The notes: generated by a model not told the origin, from the letters alone. A DNA stretch of 64,000 nucleotides from Mobula hypostoma (GCF_963921235.1 NC_086097.1:232068001-232132000), one strand, 5' to 3'. Shown: positions 36,771 to 50,400, counted from the stretch's first letter. Made by a program: numbers and translations.

Positions 36771-37084
36771 TGGGACTTAATTGGGACGGACCCCAATTAA
36801 GGAATTTTAACCATTCCCATCCATTTTTATAGCTATTTTAAAATTAACAGAAATTATGGTCACTGGTCCCAAAATACATCCCCCACTGACGCGTCTATCA
36901 TTTGCCCTGGCCACATTTTTCAATAGGAGGTTCAGTGTTGTGCCCTCTTTTATAGAGCCATCTAATCCTTTAGCACTGTGGTAGCCGCAATCAATATCAG
37001 GGAAGACAAAGTCACCCCGTACAGCGGTCCTATTTGCAATCTCCCTAGATAGTACACATAATAATTCTTACACACTGTATACGG

Positions 37085-39805
37085 AATAAGGCAGATGATC
37101 TTGTAGCACAGTTAGAGATTGGCTGGTATGACGTTGTAGGCATCATAAAGTCTTGGCTGAAAGATCACAGTTGCTAAGGACAGGCAGGCAGGCAAAGGGG
37201 ATGGGGAGGCTCGGTTTGTAAAAGATGAAATCAGATCCTTAGAAAGAGGTGAGATAGGATCAGAAGATGTAGGATCCTTGTTGGCAGAGTTAATAAACTG
37301 CAAGGGTAAAAAGACGCTGATGGGAGTTATATGCAGGTTTCTGAACAGTAGCCAGGATGTGGGCTAAAAATTATACCAGGAGATAGAAAATGCTTGCCAA
37401 ACGGGCAATGTTACAATAGTCATGGGTGATTTCAACATGTAGGTTGATTGGGAAAATCAGGTTGGCCCTGGATCCTAAGAAGGAAAATTTGTAGAATGCC
37501 TATGAGATGGCTTTTTAGAGCAGCTCATGTTTGAGCACACTAGGGAAAGCCGATTCTGGATTACGAGTTGTGTAATGAACCAGATTTGATTAGGGAAGCT
37601 AAGGTAAAGAAGTCATTTTGAGACAGTGATCATAATATAATAGAATTCACTCTGCAATTTGAGAGGGAGAATATAAAGTCAGATGTGTCAGTATTACAGT
37701 GGAGTAAGGAAAACTACAGAGGCATGAGAAAGGAGCTGACCGAAGTTGATTGGAAGGGGTCACTATTAGACATGACAGCAGAACATCAGTGGCTGGAGTT
37801 TCTGAGAGTAATTCGGAAGGTGCAGGATAGATACATCCCAAAGATGAAGAAGTATTCAAAAGGGAGGATAAACAGCAGTGGTTGATGAGGGAAGTCAAAG
37901 ACAACATCAAAGAAAAAGAGAGGGCATATAGGATAGCAAATATTAGTGGGAAGTTAGAGGATTGGGAAGCTTTTAAAAACATACAGAATACAACTAAAAA
38001 GCCAGAAGGGGTGAAAAGATGAAATACGTTTGTCAGCTAGCCAATAATATAAAATAGAATACAAAATGATTTTCAGAAACACAAAGAGTGAAAGAGATGT
38101 GAGAGTGGACATCGGACCACTGGAGAGGTAGCAAGGGGGAACAAAGAAATTGCAGATGCGCTTAATAAGTATTTCCTGTCAGTCTTCACTGTGAAAAACA
38201 CTAGCAGTATGCCAGAAATGTGAGAGTATCAGGGGGCAGAAGTGACTATAGTTGGTGTTACTAAGAGAAGCTGCTTGGGAAGCTGAAATGTCTGAAAGTA
38301 GACCAGATGGACTACACACTAGGGTTCTGAAAGAGCTATCTGAAGAGATTGTAGAGGCATTAGTAATGATCTTCAAAGGAACACTAGATTCGGGAATGGT
38401 TCTGGAGGACAGAAAATTGCAAATGTCACTCTACTCTTTAAAAGGAGAGGGAAGCAGAAGAAAGGAAGTAGGCCAGTTAGCCTGACTTCAGTGCTTCGGA
38501 AGATGTTGGGGCTCACTATTAAGGATGAGGTTTACTTGGATGATAAACTAGGTCAAAATCAGCACGGTTTTCTCAAGGGGAAATCTTGCCTGACAAATCT
38601 GCTGGAATTCTTTAAGGAAGTAGCAGGCAGGATAGACAAAGAAGAGTCAGTGGATGTTATTTACTTGGATTTTAAGAAGGCCTTTAGCATGGTGCCGCAC
38701 ATGAGGCTACTCAACAAGAGAAGAGCCAATGGTACTATAAGAAAGTTACTAACATGGATAGGAGATTGACTGTCTGGCAGGAGGCAGGAGTTGGAATAAA
38801 GGGGTCCATTCTGGTTGGCTGTCAGTGACAAGTGTTGTTCCAAAAGGGATGGTATTGTGACTGTTTCTTTTCACATTATATGTCAATTTTGGAATTAATA
38901 GCTTTGCGGCCAAGTTTACAGATGATACAAAGATAAGTGAAGGGACAGGTAGTATTTAGGAAGCAGGGAGGATGAAAAATGACCTATACAGAATAGGAGA
39001 ACAGGCAAAGAAGTGGCAAATAGAGTACAATGTAGGGAAGTGTATGGTCATGCACCTTCGTAGAAGGAATAAAGGCATAGCCTATTTTCTAACCAGGAAG
39101 AAAATTGAAAAACTTGGTAGTCCCTGTGCAGGTTTCCCTAAAGGCGAACTAGCAGTCTGAGTTGGTGGTGAGGAAAGCAAATGCAATGTCAGCATTCATT
39201 TGAAGAGGACTGGAACATAAAAGCAACGATGTAATACTGAAGCTCTGTAAGGCATTGGTCAGGCCGCATCTGGAGTATTGTGAACGGTTTGGGGCTGCTT
39301 ATCTAAGAAAAGATTTGCTGGCATTGGAGAGAGTTCAGAGCAAGTTCATAAGGATGATTCCAGGTATGAAAGGGTTAACATATGAGGAGCGTTTTATGGC
39401 TCTGGGTCAGTACTTGCTGGAGTTCAGAAGAAAGGGAGGGATCCCATTGAAACCTATCGAATATTGAAAGACTTAGAGGTCTGATTGTGGAGAGGATGTT
39501 TGCTGTAGTGAGGGTGTCTCGGGCCAGAGGGCACAGCCTCAGAATAGAGGGACATCCATTTAGAACAGAGATGAGGAGGAATTTCTTTAACCAGAGTGTG
39601 GAATTCTTTGCTGCAGACGCTTGTGCAGGCCAAACCATTATGTATATTTAAAGCAGACGTTGATAGGCTCTAGATTAGTCAGGATGGCCAAAGTTACGGA
39701 GAGAAGGCAAAAGAATGGGGTTGAGATGGAAATTAATCAGCCATGATGGAATGGCAGAGCAGACTTGATGGGCTGAGTGGCCTAATTCTGCTCGATGCCT
39801 TACAG
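37085..39805 (+). mobile_element. Long degraded CR1 ORF2 (APE plus RT) with 3' UTR
   Basis: atgggtgatttcaac (MGDFN), gacagtgatcat (DSDH), NQHGFLKGKSCLTNLLEFF, YLDFKKAFS, WQIEYNVGKC, VRPHLEYC; many stops and frameshifts. Confidence 0.9.
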
Positions 39806-40493
39806 TCTGAAAGTCTATACTTGTTGCTGTAATTCCTGCTGACTATGGGAGTACAAGGGTACAATCCCAGGAAGGTGTACCCCTTTCTTATTTCTAAGTT
39901 ACACCCAAATAGTCTCATTGGATGATCCCCCAAGAATATCCTCTCGGTGTTCTGCCATAATCTTCTCTATAATCAAAATTGAAACTCTTGCTCCTCTCTT
40001 ACCTGCATCTACCAGGATCAGCCATGAATGAATGGTGGAGCAGACTCGATGGGCCAGATGGCCTAATTCTGCTCCTATGTCTTATGGTTTTATGGTCCTT
40101 ACTCTGAGAGTAAAAACACCTCATCTATGCTTTGAAAGGATAATGCCCTTATTTTAAATAATGATTGCAACTTCAAGATGACTAGGAACATTTACTTGCC
40201 ACCCTCTTCCACCCATGTCAAAATTCTTTGAGATATTTCATACTTTATAATTTTCTAAACTCTAGCAGACAGAGGTCCAACCCATTCAAACTTTTCTCAT
40301 GAGAAAAACTCATCCATTCCACATCTCAGTCTTATTAACTTTCCCTCAAACTCTTCCAATATGTTTTCATTCTCCTTACATCAAGAAGCAAAAAAATCTA
40401 TAGTCCTCCAGATATAGGCTCACAAACGTCCTATATAAATGAAAAATAACATCTCTAATTTTATATTTAATTCCTTTGGCAATAAACAATAAT

Positions 40494-41734
40494 AGAAACA
40501 TAGAAACATAGAAAATAGGTGCAGGAGTAGGCCATTCGGCCCTTCGAGCCTGCACCGCCATTTATTATGATCATGGCTGATCATCCAACTCAGAACCCAG
40601 CCTTCCCTCCATACCCCCTGACCCCTGTAGCCACAAGGGCCATATCTAACTTCCTTTTAAACATAGCTAATGAACTGGCCTCAACAGTTTGCTGTGGCAG
40701 AGAATTCCACAGATTCACCACTCTCTGTGTGAAGAAGTTTTTCCTAACCTCGGTCCTAAAAGGCTTCCCCTCTATCCTCAAACTGTGACCCCTCGTTCTA
40801 GACCTCCCCAACATCGGGAACAATCTTCCTGCATCTAGCCTGTCCAATCCCTTTAGGATCTTATACGTTTCAATCAGATCCCCCCTCAATCTTCTAAATT
40901 CCAACGAGTACAAGCCCAGTTCATCCAGTCTTTCTTCATATGAAAGACCTGCCATCCCAGGAATCAATCTGGTGAACCTTCTTTGTACTCCCTCTATGGC
41001 AAAGATGTCTTTCCTCAGATTAGGGGACCAAAACTGCACACAATACTCCAGGTGTGGTCTCACCAAGGCCTTGTACAACTGCAGTAGTACCTCCCTGCTC
41101 CTGTACTCGAATCCTCTCGCTATAAATGCCAGCATACCGTTCGCCTTTTTCACCGCCTGCTGTACCTGCATGCCCACTTTCAATGACTGGTGTATAATGA
41201 CACCCAGGTCTCGTTGCACCTCCCCTTTTCCTAATCGGCCACCATTCAGATAATAATCTGTTTTCCTATTTTTGCCACCAAAGTGGATAACTTCACATTT
41301 ATCCACATTAAATTGCATCTGCCATGAGTTTGCCCACTCACCCAACCTATCCAAGTCACCCTGCATCCTCTTAGCATCCTCCTCACTGCTAACACTGCCA
41401 CCCAGCTTCGTGTCATCCGCAAACTTGGAGATGCTGCATTTAATTCCCTCATCCAAGTCATTAATATATATTGTAAACAACTGGGGTCCCAGCACTGAGC
41501 CTTGCGGTACCCCACTAGTCACCGCCTGCCATTCTGAAAAGGTCCCGTTTATTCCCACTCTTTGCTTCCTGTCTGCTAACCAATTCTCCACCCACACCAA
41601 TACCTTACCCCCAATACCGTGTGCTTTAAGTTTGCACACTAATCTCCTATGTGGGACCTTGTCAAAAGCCTTTTGAAAATCCAAATATACCACATCCACT
41701 GGTTCTCCCCTATCCACTCTACTAGTTACATCCT
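40494..41734 (-). mobile_element. Young 5'-truncated CR1 inserted into an older CR1
   Basis: (atagaaac)n tail; flanking duplication caataat (40487-40493, 41735-41741). Confidence 0.93.
40590..41717 (-). CDS. CR1 ORF2 reverse transcriptase C-terminal 375 aa; open frame but 5'-truncated
   Basis: YLDFQKAFDKVPH, GVPQGSVLGPQLF, KFADDTK, WQMQFNVDKC, RPHLEYC, FFTQRVVNLWNSLP with no stops. Confidence 0.9.
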   Translation of the reverse strand: MDRGEPVDVVYLDFQKAFDKVPHRRLVCKLKAHGIGGKVLVWVENWLADRKQRVGINGTFSEWQAVTSGVPQGSVLGPQLFTIYINDLDEGIKCSISKFADDTKLGGSVSSEEDAKRMQGDLDRLGEWANSWQMQFNVDKCEVIHFGGKNRKTDYYLNGGRLGKGEVQRDLGVIIHQSLKVGMQVQQAVKKANGMLAFIARGFEYRSREVLLQLYKALVRPHLEYCVQFWSPNLRKDIFAIEGVQRRFTRLIPGMAGLSYEERLDELGLYSLEFRRLRGDLIETYKILKGLDRLDAGRLFPMLGRSRTRGHSLRIEGKPFRTEVRKNFFTQRVVNLWNSLPQQTVEASSLAMFKRKLDMALVATGVRGYGGKAGF

Positions 41735-44146
41735 CAATAATGTTCTATTCACGCTCATAAGTACTTGTAACTACATTTGATAAATTGGTAAATTGGAAAA
41801 TTGATTTATAATTGTCACCTGTACCAATTTACAGTGAAAAAATTTCCTTATAAAGTATTCATACAGATCAATTAATTACTACAGTGCATTGAGATAGTCC
41901 AAGGTAAAACAATGAAGGCAGAATAAAGTGTTACAGTTGCAACAAAAGTGAGATACAGGTAGGCATTTAGGTGCAAGATCATAATGTGGTAGATTATGAG
42001 GTCAAGAGTCTAAATGATCATACAAGGAAACCATTCAATAGTCTTATAATAGTGGGGTAAACTTGTACTTGAGCATGGTATATGCAATTTCAGGCTTTTT
42101 CACCTTCTGCCTGCTGGAAGAGGAGAGAAGAGATGATGTCCATTGTAGATGGGGTCATTGTTTGGGCTGCCTGATTTGCTAACACAGTGATAAGTGTAGA
42201 CAGAGGGGAGAGGAGGCTGGTTTTCCATGAGTACTATATCATCATCAAATCATTTTGTGATGATTTTTCAAAATCACCATTTTGTGAATCATCACTAGGA
42301 TCTTTAGGGCTCTTTGTATCTCAGAGCTTTGCATTCTCTTATCAGTTAGATAATATACTTCTGTTCTATCTTCCCTGTCAAAGTGGACAATTTCACAATT
42401 TGCCACGTTATATTCCATTTGGTCACTTTACCAATCTATATCCCTTGTGACTCTTCCTAATCTTGCTTCCTACCTATCTAGGTAGAAATACAGAGCCTTT
42501 ATCCCAGAGTAGAAATACCAAAAATAGAAGGTATAGCTTTAAGGTGATGGTGGAAATTTTAAAGAAATGTGTGGGTCGAGCTTTTTTTTACACAGAGCTT
42601 AGTAAAGTGTGTGGAACATGCTGCCAAGGGGACCAGTGGAAGCCAACATGATGGTAGCATTTAGATACATGAACATGCAGTGAATGGGGAGATATGGATC
42701 AAATGCAGACAGAAGGATTTAGTTTAATTTGGCATCACTGTTGACACAAACATTGTAGGCCAGAGGGACTGCTTCTGTGGTATATTCTCTTGTCTATGCT
42801 ACTCACTGTTTCCCCCTATCCAGCCAATCTTCTACTCTTGTCAGTCTTATCTTCTACACCAGGATCTTTTATTTTCCTTAATAACATTTGTTGCAGCATC
42901 TTTATCAAATGCCTTCAGGACGTCTAACCATAGTGGGTCCATCACTTTCCCTTTCCCCACCGCATATTGCTTTTGGCCAGCTGATTATATTGCTAATGGA
43001 GAGTTTCCAATTGTGTCACCTCTAAGGCACCGATGGGATGAGTATCCCAACAGCTAAATGCTATTGGCTTAAGCACAATCTATGAACTTCGCAGTACTTG
43101 CAGTCAGTTTCCCAGCTTCCCAATTGCTCTCCCACTGCCAGCAATGTGCTTCTTTAACTGCACCAAAGAAGCAAGATTTGTTTTGTGATCATACATCTGC
43201 TGCTCAATAACTCTCACTTATGCCAGGAAAAGAGATAAACCTACCCTGCCTGATATACGATTTGCACATAACAAGCAAATGTTGATGTGTCTAGACTCAG
43301 GTGTAAAAAAGGCCCTCTCTTTTGATGGAGAGTGAGAACATGCCGGTCCTCGAGATGGTGGGGTGGGTGGGGTGTTGTGCTTGAAGAAGCAACAGGGAAG
43401 ATTGCAACATTGGAACAGTGAGGTTCTGGTCTCCACTGGTGTTGTTGCAGGAGCGATCCGGTAATGGACTGTAGTTTTGATGGACCCCAGATCAGGGTCC
43501 CTTTGGAGGCTGTTGCTGTTGCTTGCATGGTGGAGGTGGGGAGTGTTGGTGCTTTTGCTAGCACGAGTTGGGGGGAGAGGGAGTTTGATGTCTTTGTTGC
43601 TGCTTCTGTGAAGGGTGTGGGAATGGAGTTTACGGGCTTCAATATTCTATCATTCATTCTATGGGGTCTCCTTCCATGGATGTCTGTGAAGAGTACAAAT
43701 TTCAGGTTGTATACTGTAATCATTCTCTAATATTAACGGAGTCAAAATCTAAAAAATCTGGTATCTTGGAGGGGTTATTGGAAACGATTGAAAGAAAGGT
43801 GTTATCCATAATGTGGATTAGGAAGATAGCTTTTACTGACTCCTCAACAATATTTTTGCAAAGTTCTCACATAAGTGCTGAGTTAACTGCTTTAAGAAGA
43901 CCACATCCTGTAGATGATTTTTTGAAACCCATTGGCATCCAGACATCACCAGTGTCAATGCCCAATTTCAAGTTCACCCTCCTTGTAATACAAAATCAAG
44001 TGATTCAAAAAGGATTATTCTGAGTTTAAGCAAATATCTGATAGAGCAATTCCTTCACTCCCATTTGCTCTCTGTTTCTCTTCACCCAGCAGATTACAGT
44101 TCCTCAAGTGCATTACCAATTCCTTTTAGAAGTCACTGATTGGAGG

Positions 44147-44606
44147 CAATGTTCCCTCTAATTTGTAATGACCAGTGTGTACAAAAATCTTTTTCGGTGC
44201 AACAGTTTTGCCCAATGACAACACCATGTGCTCACTGAATAATCTCTTCAATAAAAACATTATAAATAAGCCAGTTCTAAAATCGGCCGAAAAATCATTG
44301 CAAATTCCATGTTGCCAACACTGTCCGCATCAGTAATTTACATATTACTATTTAACTATTTATGGTTCTATTACTATTTATTATTTATGGTGCAACTGTA
44401 ACGAAAACCAATTTCCCCCGGGATCAATAAAGTTTGACTATGACTATGACTAGTAACTGGAAAAGGAAATGTGATTGCGTATGATTGTGAAATATACTTA
44501 ATATGCCAACGAGGTAGACGGTGACAACCTTTCGCGCGCAATTTAAATGTGCTAGTAGCAAAAGATGTGCGTGCACGCACACGCGAACACCTTAGAGAGA
44601 ACATTG
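44147..44606. mobile_element. Non-autonomous hAT MITE with an inserted LINE 3' tail (~44335-44453)
   Basis: TIRs caatgttccctctaa / ttagagagaacattg; TSD attggagg / attggatg; insert ends aataaagtt(tgacta)n. Confidence 0.88.
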
Positions 44607-44732
44607 ATTGGATGTGTCCATCAGCATTACAGACAAGTTCCAGATTGTACCAGCATTCATCTTTTTTCTCATAATTTTTCTCATTCACCCCGGTAACTTT
44701 TAAAGGAAAGTGTACATCTGTGTCCTTTAGTC

Positions 44733-45351
44733 CAGTGGTCCCCAACCTCCGGGCCGCGGACTGATACCGGGCTGTGAAGCATACAGAGGTGCAGTGGTAG
44801 CCGGAGCGCACCCAGCACATCTGCAAGAAAAAAGCTGAAATAAACAAGCTAATTAATTAGGTGTCACCCAGAAGCCAGTCTTCATTAGAGGAACTGAGGT
44901 GGAGAAGGTCAATAACTTTAAATTCTTCGGCATTAAGGATCGATGTTTCTCTCTGAAAAGTGTCCTGGGACCAGCAGGTAACTGTCATTACAAGGAAAGC
45001 ACGGCAGTGCCTATACTTTATTAGACGTTTGTGCAGATTCAACATTGCACCTCGATCCTGACAGCCCTGTCTTTTCAGCCTGTCTGGGCTGGCTTTTAAA
45101 TTGACCAAACAATGGAACAGCTAAAGGCTCCAGCTCCCCGGAAAGAGGAGTGAACATCGCGTACAGCAAGTGAAATCGGCAGTCGCCTCTGATCTGGGCC
45201 AATGTTTACGTGCCGGGCGGCACCTAATTAATTAGCTTGTTTATTTCAGCTTTTTTCTTAAAGATGTGCTGGGTGCGCTCCGGCTACCGCTGCAGCCCTG
45301 CATGCTTCGCGGCCCGGTATCGGTCCGCGGCCCAGAAGTTGGGGACCACTG
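44733..45351. mobile_element. hAT (Charlie-like) MITE with ~135-bp inverted arms and an internal Rex1 RT fragment
   Basis: cagtggtccccaacc / agttggggaccactg; arms 44733-44869 and 45215-45351; TSD ctttagtc / ctttaggc. Confidence 0.92.
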
Positions 45352-45729
45352 CTTTAGGCCTTTAACCATTCGTTAATGAGCTCATTTACCATCATCTTAC
45401 TCTCTTTGAACCGCCTATCTTCTGTATCTTTACTCAATCTCCTTTCTTCTTTTCTCCAAGGAGAATGATCATGCCTCTCCAAATAACCACGGAGCTGAAA
45501 TCTCTCATTCATAGTCTTACAGTCATAAGGCACGGAAGCAAGCTCTTCGCCCCATCTTATCCATACTGATTTTGTAGTCCAGTGAGCTAGTCCCATCTAG
45601 CTGTGTCTGGCCCATAATGCTCTGACCCACTCCTAACCATGTACTATCTAAAGGGCTTTTAACCTGCCTCGATCACCATTTTGGCAGCTCATTCCAAAGC
45701 ACTGCCCTTTGTGCGAAGAAGCTTTGCGT

Positions 45730-46025
45730 GCCATGGTTGCAGAACTGTTAGTATGATGCTATTACAACGAGGGTCATTGGGGTTTGGAGTTTAATACTGG
45801 TGACCTCTGTAAGGAGTTTGTGTGTCCTCCCCGTGGAATGCGTGGGTTTCCTCCGGGTGCTCCAGTTTCCTCCCACAGTCCAAGATGTACTGGTTAGTAG
45901 GTTAGTTGGTCATTGTAAATTATCCCATGATTAGGCAAGGGTTAAATCAGGGGTTGCTGGTAGCACAGCTTGAGGGGCTGAAAGGGCCTATTCCGTTCTG
46001 TGTCCCTAAATAAATAAATAAAATA
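45730..46025 (+). mobile_element. V-SINE (HE1-like), near full length, within a CR1 3' relic
   Basis: ggagtttgtgtgtcctccccgtggaatgcgtgggtttcctccgggtgctccagtttcctcccacagtccaaga; (taaa)n tail. Confidence 0.85.
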
Positions 46026-46959
46026 AAACTGCCTCTGATGTCCCTTTACATCTTTCGGTTCTGATCTTAAACCGACGGCTTCTCGTTTTTAGCATCCCCT
46101 CCCTGTGAAAAAGACTGCGTCCTTTCACCCTGTTCCTGCTCTTCACGATCTGTACCCCTATCTGACCACTCCTCAACTGGAACAATTCATTTTGATTGCA
46201 TCTGATTAGGACCTCACAAAAGTGAGAAGTCCAGAACTAAATGCAATGCTCCAATAATTCCATAATCAGAATTTCAACAGCTTCAACATAGCCTCTTTGT
46301 TTTTGAAATTGTGCCTTTATTTACGATCCCAGTATCCCAGATGCTTTATGAGCCGCTCTTAAAGATTTATAGCCATAGACCATCATGTCCCTCTAATCCC
46401 GACCACTGTTGAAAAGCATGCCTGACATCAGTCAATGTTGTGTCCTCTGGTTCTTGTTGTCACAAGCTGTCATCACACTTGTGTGTTTAAATCCATCTGC
46501 TCTTTCTGCCAACCTATCTATGACCTCATGCAGTCTGTAACTATCCTCCTCAAATATTTTCCACAATTTTAAGCTTTGAATCTTCCAATTTTTTAAAATT
46601 TTACTTGCAAACTAATATCTGACCTTCACATTTATTAGAAGCAAAAACAGTGACCTCAACACTACCCTTGGGAAGACACCTCTGTGTACCATACTCTGGT
46701 CTGTAAAAGAACAGTTTATCAGTTATTTCCAACATCTGTCTTTAAGCCGACTTGCTGTTTGCCAGTTTTCACCACAAGCAAATTTCCTGACTGGTGTTTC
46801 ATTTTTATTAAGGATTATATACAGAGAAAGACTGAACAAGTTGGGTCTTTATTCTTTGGAGTGTAGAAGGTTGAGGAGGGACTTGATAGAGGTGTTTAAA
46901 ATTATGAGGGGGATAGATAGAGTTGATGTGGATAGGCTTTTTCCATTGAGGGTGGGGGA

Positions 46960-47301
46960 GAACTCCTCTTCTTGAACTACTTCATCTCGCAAAGCACTCC
47001 TTGTATTAAACTCTTCCCTTCGGATAGGATCCTTCAGGCGACTTCCATGTTTCTTTCCTCCCCAAAAGACCACAAACGGGACTACTGTCCGCCAGAAATC
47101 TCTCTCTGCCCAGCCCTCTCTAGAACCTTCTCTCCATCCCACCATCCTGATTGGCTGACACAACATTCCTAAGTTGGACAACATGGCGCCTTTAGCCGAA
47201 ACAAAAACATTTTCTCCAGCAGGATGTACTGCTTTTACAGAAAACTGTTGGAATGAAATACCTCATAGCATAGCAGTAGAAATCGTACCCAGGGCATTAC
47301 A
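46960..47301 (-). mobile_element. Truncated LTR fragment abutting a short CR1 fragment (46810-46960)
   Basis: Minus strand starts TGTAAtgccc and contains a CCAAT box (gccaatcagg); organisation resembles the LTR at 2256; the other terminus is missing. Confidence 0.5.
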
Positions 47302-48854
47302 CATGTTATAAGGAACTGCAGACTCTTCATTATCACAATCTGTCACCTTTTGATCGATATTCTGCTTTCCTTTGCCTCTGACCAAGTTTGCCGATAACAC
47401 TAAATTAGGGGATCTGGTTGGTGGTGCAACAGTTTACAATGAATTCCAAAGCAATCTTATGGCGATGGACTGAGGAATGTGAAATGGATTTCAGCTTGGA
47501 TAAGTATGAGGGGATGCATTTTGGACATTCAAACCATAGTAGGACATATACAGGGCATTGACAAGTGTTGTGGAACAGAGTGATCAGACAGGTCAAGGCT
47601 CACTTCACTAAAAGCAGCCATGCAAGTAGACAGTGGTGAAGGAGGCTTCATCAGTAAAGGCATCGAGTTTCGGAGTGGGGGCATTATGTTGCCACAAAAT
47701 AAGTCATTGATGAGGCCACAGTTGGAGTATTGTGTAAAGCTTTTGTTATAGGAAATACATCATCAAGGAGAGTGTGCAGAAAAGATTTTATGAAGATGCT
47801 GCCTGGACAAGAGGACTTGAGTTATAGGGAGAGGCTGGCCACACTCTTATCCCTGAGATTCATTTTCTTGCAGGCGTTCACAGCAGAACAAAAAAATACA
47901 AAGAATCAATGAAAAGTGCCATATAAACAAAGATTGACAATTGATTGATGGCATCTGTCTGTCATGAAGGACAATAGATAGCAACACTGGACTGACCTCT
48001 CCAGGGCACATGCCTGAGCGGAAGGTATGGCGATCCTGGGATGCCAAACTCTGAGGGAAATTGTGTCAATGTTTCAACATTTTCATTTTAATTATTTGGA
48101 AATTCAATTGTACAACACTTTCCCTTCAATATTATTGAACTAAAACTCTTTGCTCTTGCGTGCTTGTCTCTCAATCACTGGAGGTGTAAGTACAAAAAAA
48201 GGTATTGAGCAAATTGCTACACATTAAATCCCACGTCAGTTCCTTCAATTAACAATCCCTTTCACACATTGGTCAAACTGGTGGCTTCGTGCACTTATTC
48301 CGAAAACACTGTGTTATAATAAATTAAAACCAGAATATTGTTTAGTCGTTCAACTTGCTCTGCCTGAGAAATGGTGCAAGAGTTAGAAGTGCGGAGCGAG
48401 GCTGGTAGGAATTTGTGCTGTATTTTTAATAATTCTTTCACAGTGTGCACACGTTGCTGACAAAGCTAACAACCCTTGAGCTGTTTCTGAGAGTTTCTGA
48501 TTAGGCCATTTTTAAGGGCTGTTAGGAGAAAGATAAACTGATAGACCTGCGGCTTACTAATAGGCCAGAAAGCATATTCATGAACCAAATGTCTCTGTGC
48601 TGTTATTAATTCTGTACTGTCTCCCTGACACGCCTGTCAATTCAGTGGTGTAGAATATTCAGAAGAACAATGCCAGTGAAATGATAGCAAATGTTGATGG
48701 AAGAAGTATCGTTGAAGACGACGTCAATGAATGTAGGTAATTTGACTCGCTCATGTTGGAGATGGTTATCATCTAGCACCTTTGTAGCATAATCTTACTT
48801 GACCATGTTTGCATGTTGTCTATGCCTTAATGCATGCAAGCAATGTCTGCTCAG

Positions 48855-50400
48855 AACATAGAAAATAGATCAGTACAATACACGAACAGGACCTTCGTCT
48901 AACAATGTTGTGCTGACTTTTGTCCAACAATGTCGTGCCAAACCAATTCAACTAGTAAGCAAATATCTAACTAAAGTGATCTGTTCTGTCTATACAATGT
49001 CCATATCCTTCTATTTTCCACACGTTCACGTGTCTATCTAAACATCTCTTAGAAGTCTAATGTATCTGCCTCTACCACCACTCCAGGAAGTGCATTCCAG
49101 GTACCCACCTCTCTCTCTCTGTAAAAAACCTACCCCTCCTTTGAAATTACCCCCTCTCACCTTAAGTGCATGCCATCTAGTATTAGACATTTCAGTTCTT
49201 AGCAAAGGATATTTTGTGTCTACTCAGTGATGGTGACATGGAAAACCGAGAATGTTGTCTTAGACAAGGCACCTTCCAAACCTGACACCACTCCACAGGC
49301 CCAGAGGCATGATCCTGAAGCACCCAAAAGACTGAACCTTTACAACCGTGAATTTAGTTAAGGACTGTTATTGTGAAAGCATATTTATTTGGAATATGGG
49401 TTTATGAAAGGGAAATTGAATGTTCCGTACATATACAATGTTATGTTGCCTTAATCTAAAGGGGGAGGAAGTGCAATGTATAGATTTATTTCTTTTACAG
49501 CAATGTCCCCTCCCCCCTTAGCACTATGAAGTGATCAGTTGTCTGCGCATATGCTGTTGTCTATGGATGAGCATTGTTCTCTCTCTTTTTCTCTCATTGC
49601 AACGCGAACACACCAGTTAAAACCATCTCCTGCGTGTGTGCTTTTATTTTATTGGTCTGTAGTTGCGTATAGGCACAACACAACCTATGCCTCTCATAAT
49701 CTTATAAACCTCTATCAGACCTCCCCTCAGCATCCGCCACTCCAGAGAAAACCACCCAGCTTCATCCAACCACTCGTTATAGCACATCGTAAACCTTTTC
49801 TGCACCTTCTCGACATCCCTCCTATAGTGAGGCGACTAGAACCGTATGCAAAACTCCAGATGCAGCCTAAATATAGTTTTAGAAAGCTGCAATATAACTT
49901 ACTGACTTTTGAACTCAATGTTTCAACTAATAAAGGCAAGTATGCCATCTGCCTTCCGAACCACCCTGTCAGCCTGTGCAGTCACCTTCAGGGAGCTATG
50001 AACTTGGACACCAAGATCCCCCTGCTCATCAATCTTACTCTAAACAGTGTACTGTCTCCTTGCATTTGACCTGCTAACATACAACACTTCACATTTGGCC
50101 GGGTTAAGCTCCACTTGCCATTTCTCCATCCAAATCTGCAACTGGTCTATATCCTGTTGTATTCTTTGCCAGTCTTCTATGCCATGTGCCAGAACACCAA
50201 TCTTCGCAACATCTGCTAATTTACTGGTTCCCTTCTTGAATAATGGAACAACATTAGCTACCTACCAGTCCTCCAGGACCTCACCTGCAGCTAGGGAGGA
50301 CACAGAGATATTTGCCAATGTGCCAGCCATATCTTCTGTTGTTTCTCTCAATAAGCTGAGGTACATCCCATCGAGTCCTGGATATCCACAGGCCATTTAC
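48855..50400 (-). mobile_element. CR1 3' portion, fragmented, hosting a Gypsy fragment
   Basis: agaacatagaa tail; colinear with the CR1 at 59965-61600. Confidence 0.8.
49228..49680 (+). mobile_element. 3' end of an LTR retrotransposon (Gypsy-like): pol tail, PPT and ~210-bp LTR
   Basis: Frame ...APKRLNL...stop; polypurine tract aaagggggaggaag (49458-49471) immediately before TG (49472); ends cacaaCA (49680) where CR1 resumes. Confidence 0.65.

Noticed and set aside
36776..36801. 10-bp hairpin cttaattggg / cccaattaag
   Set aside because: Too short; at most a remnant of a small DNA transposon.
49539..50069. 176-aa ORF
   Set aside because: Runs from the LTR into antisense CR1.
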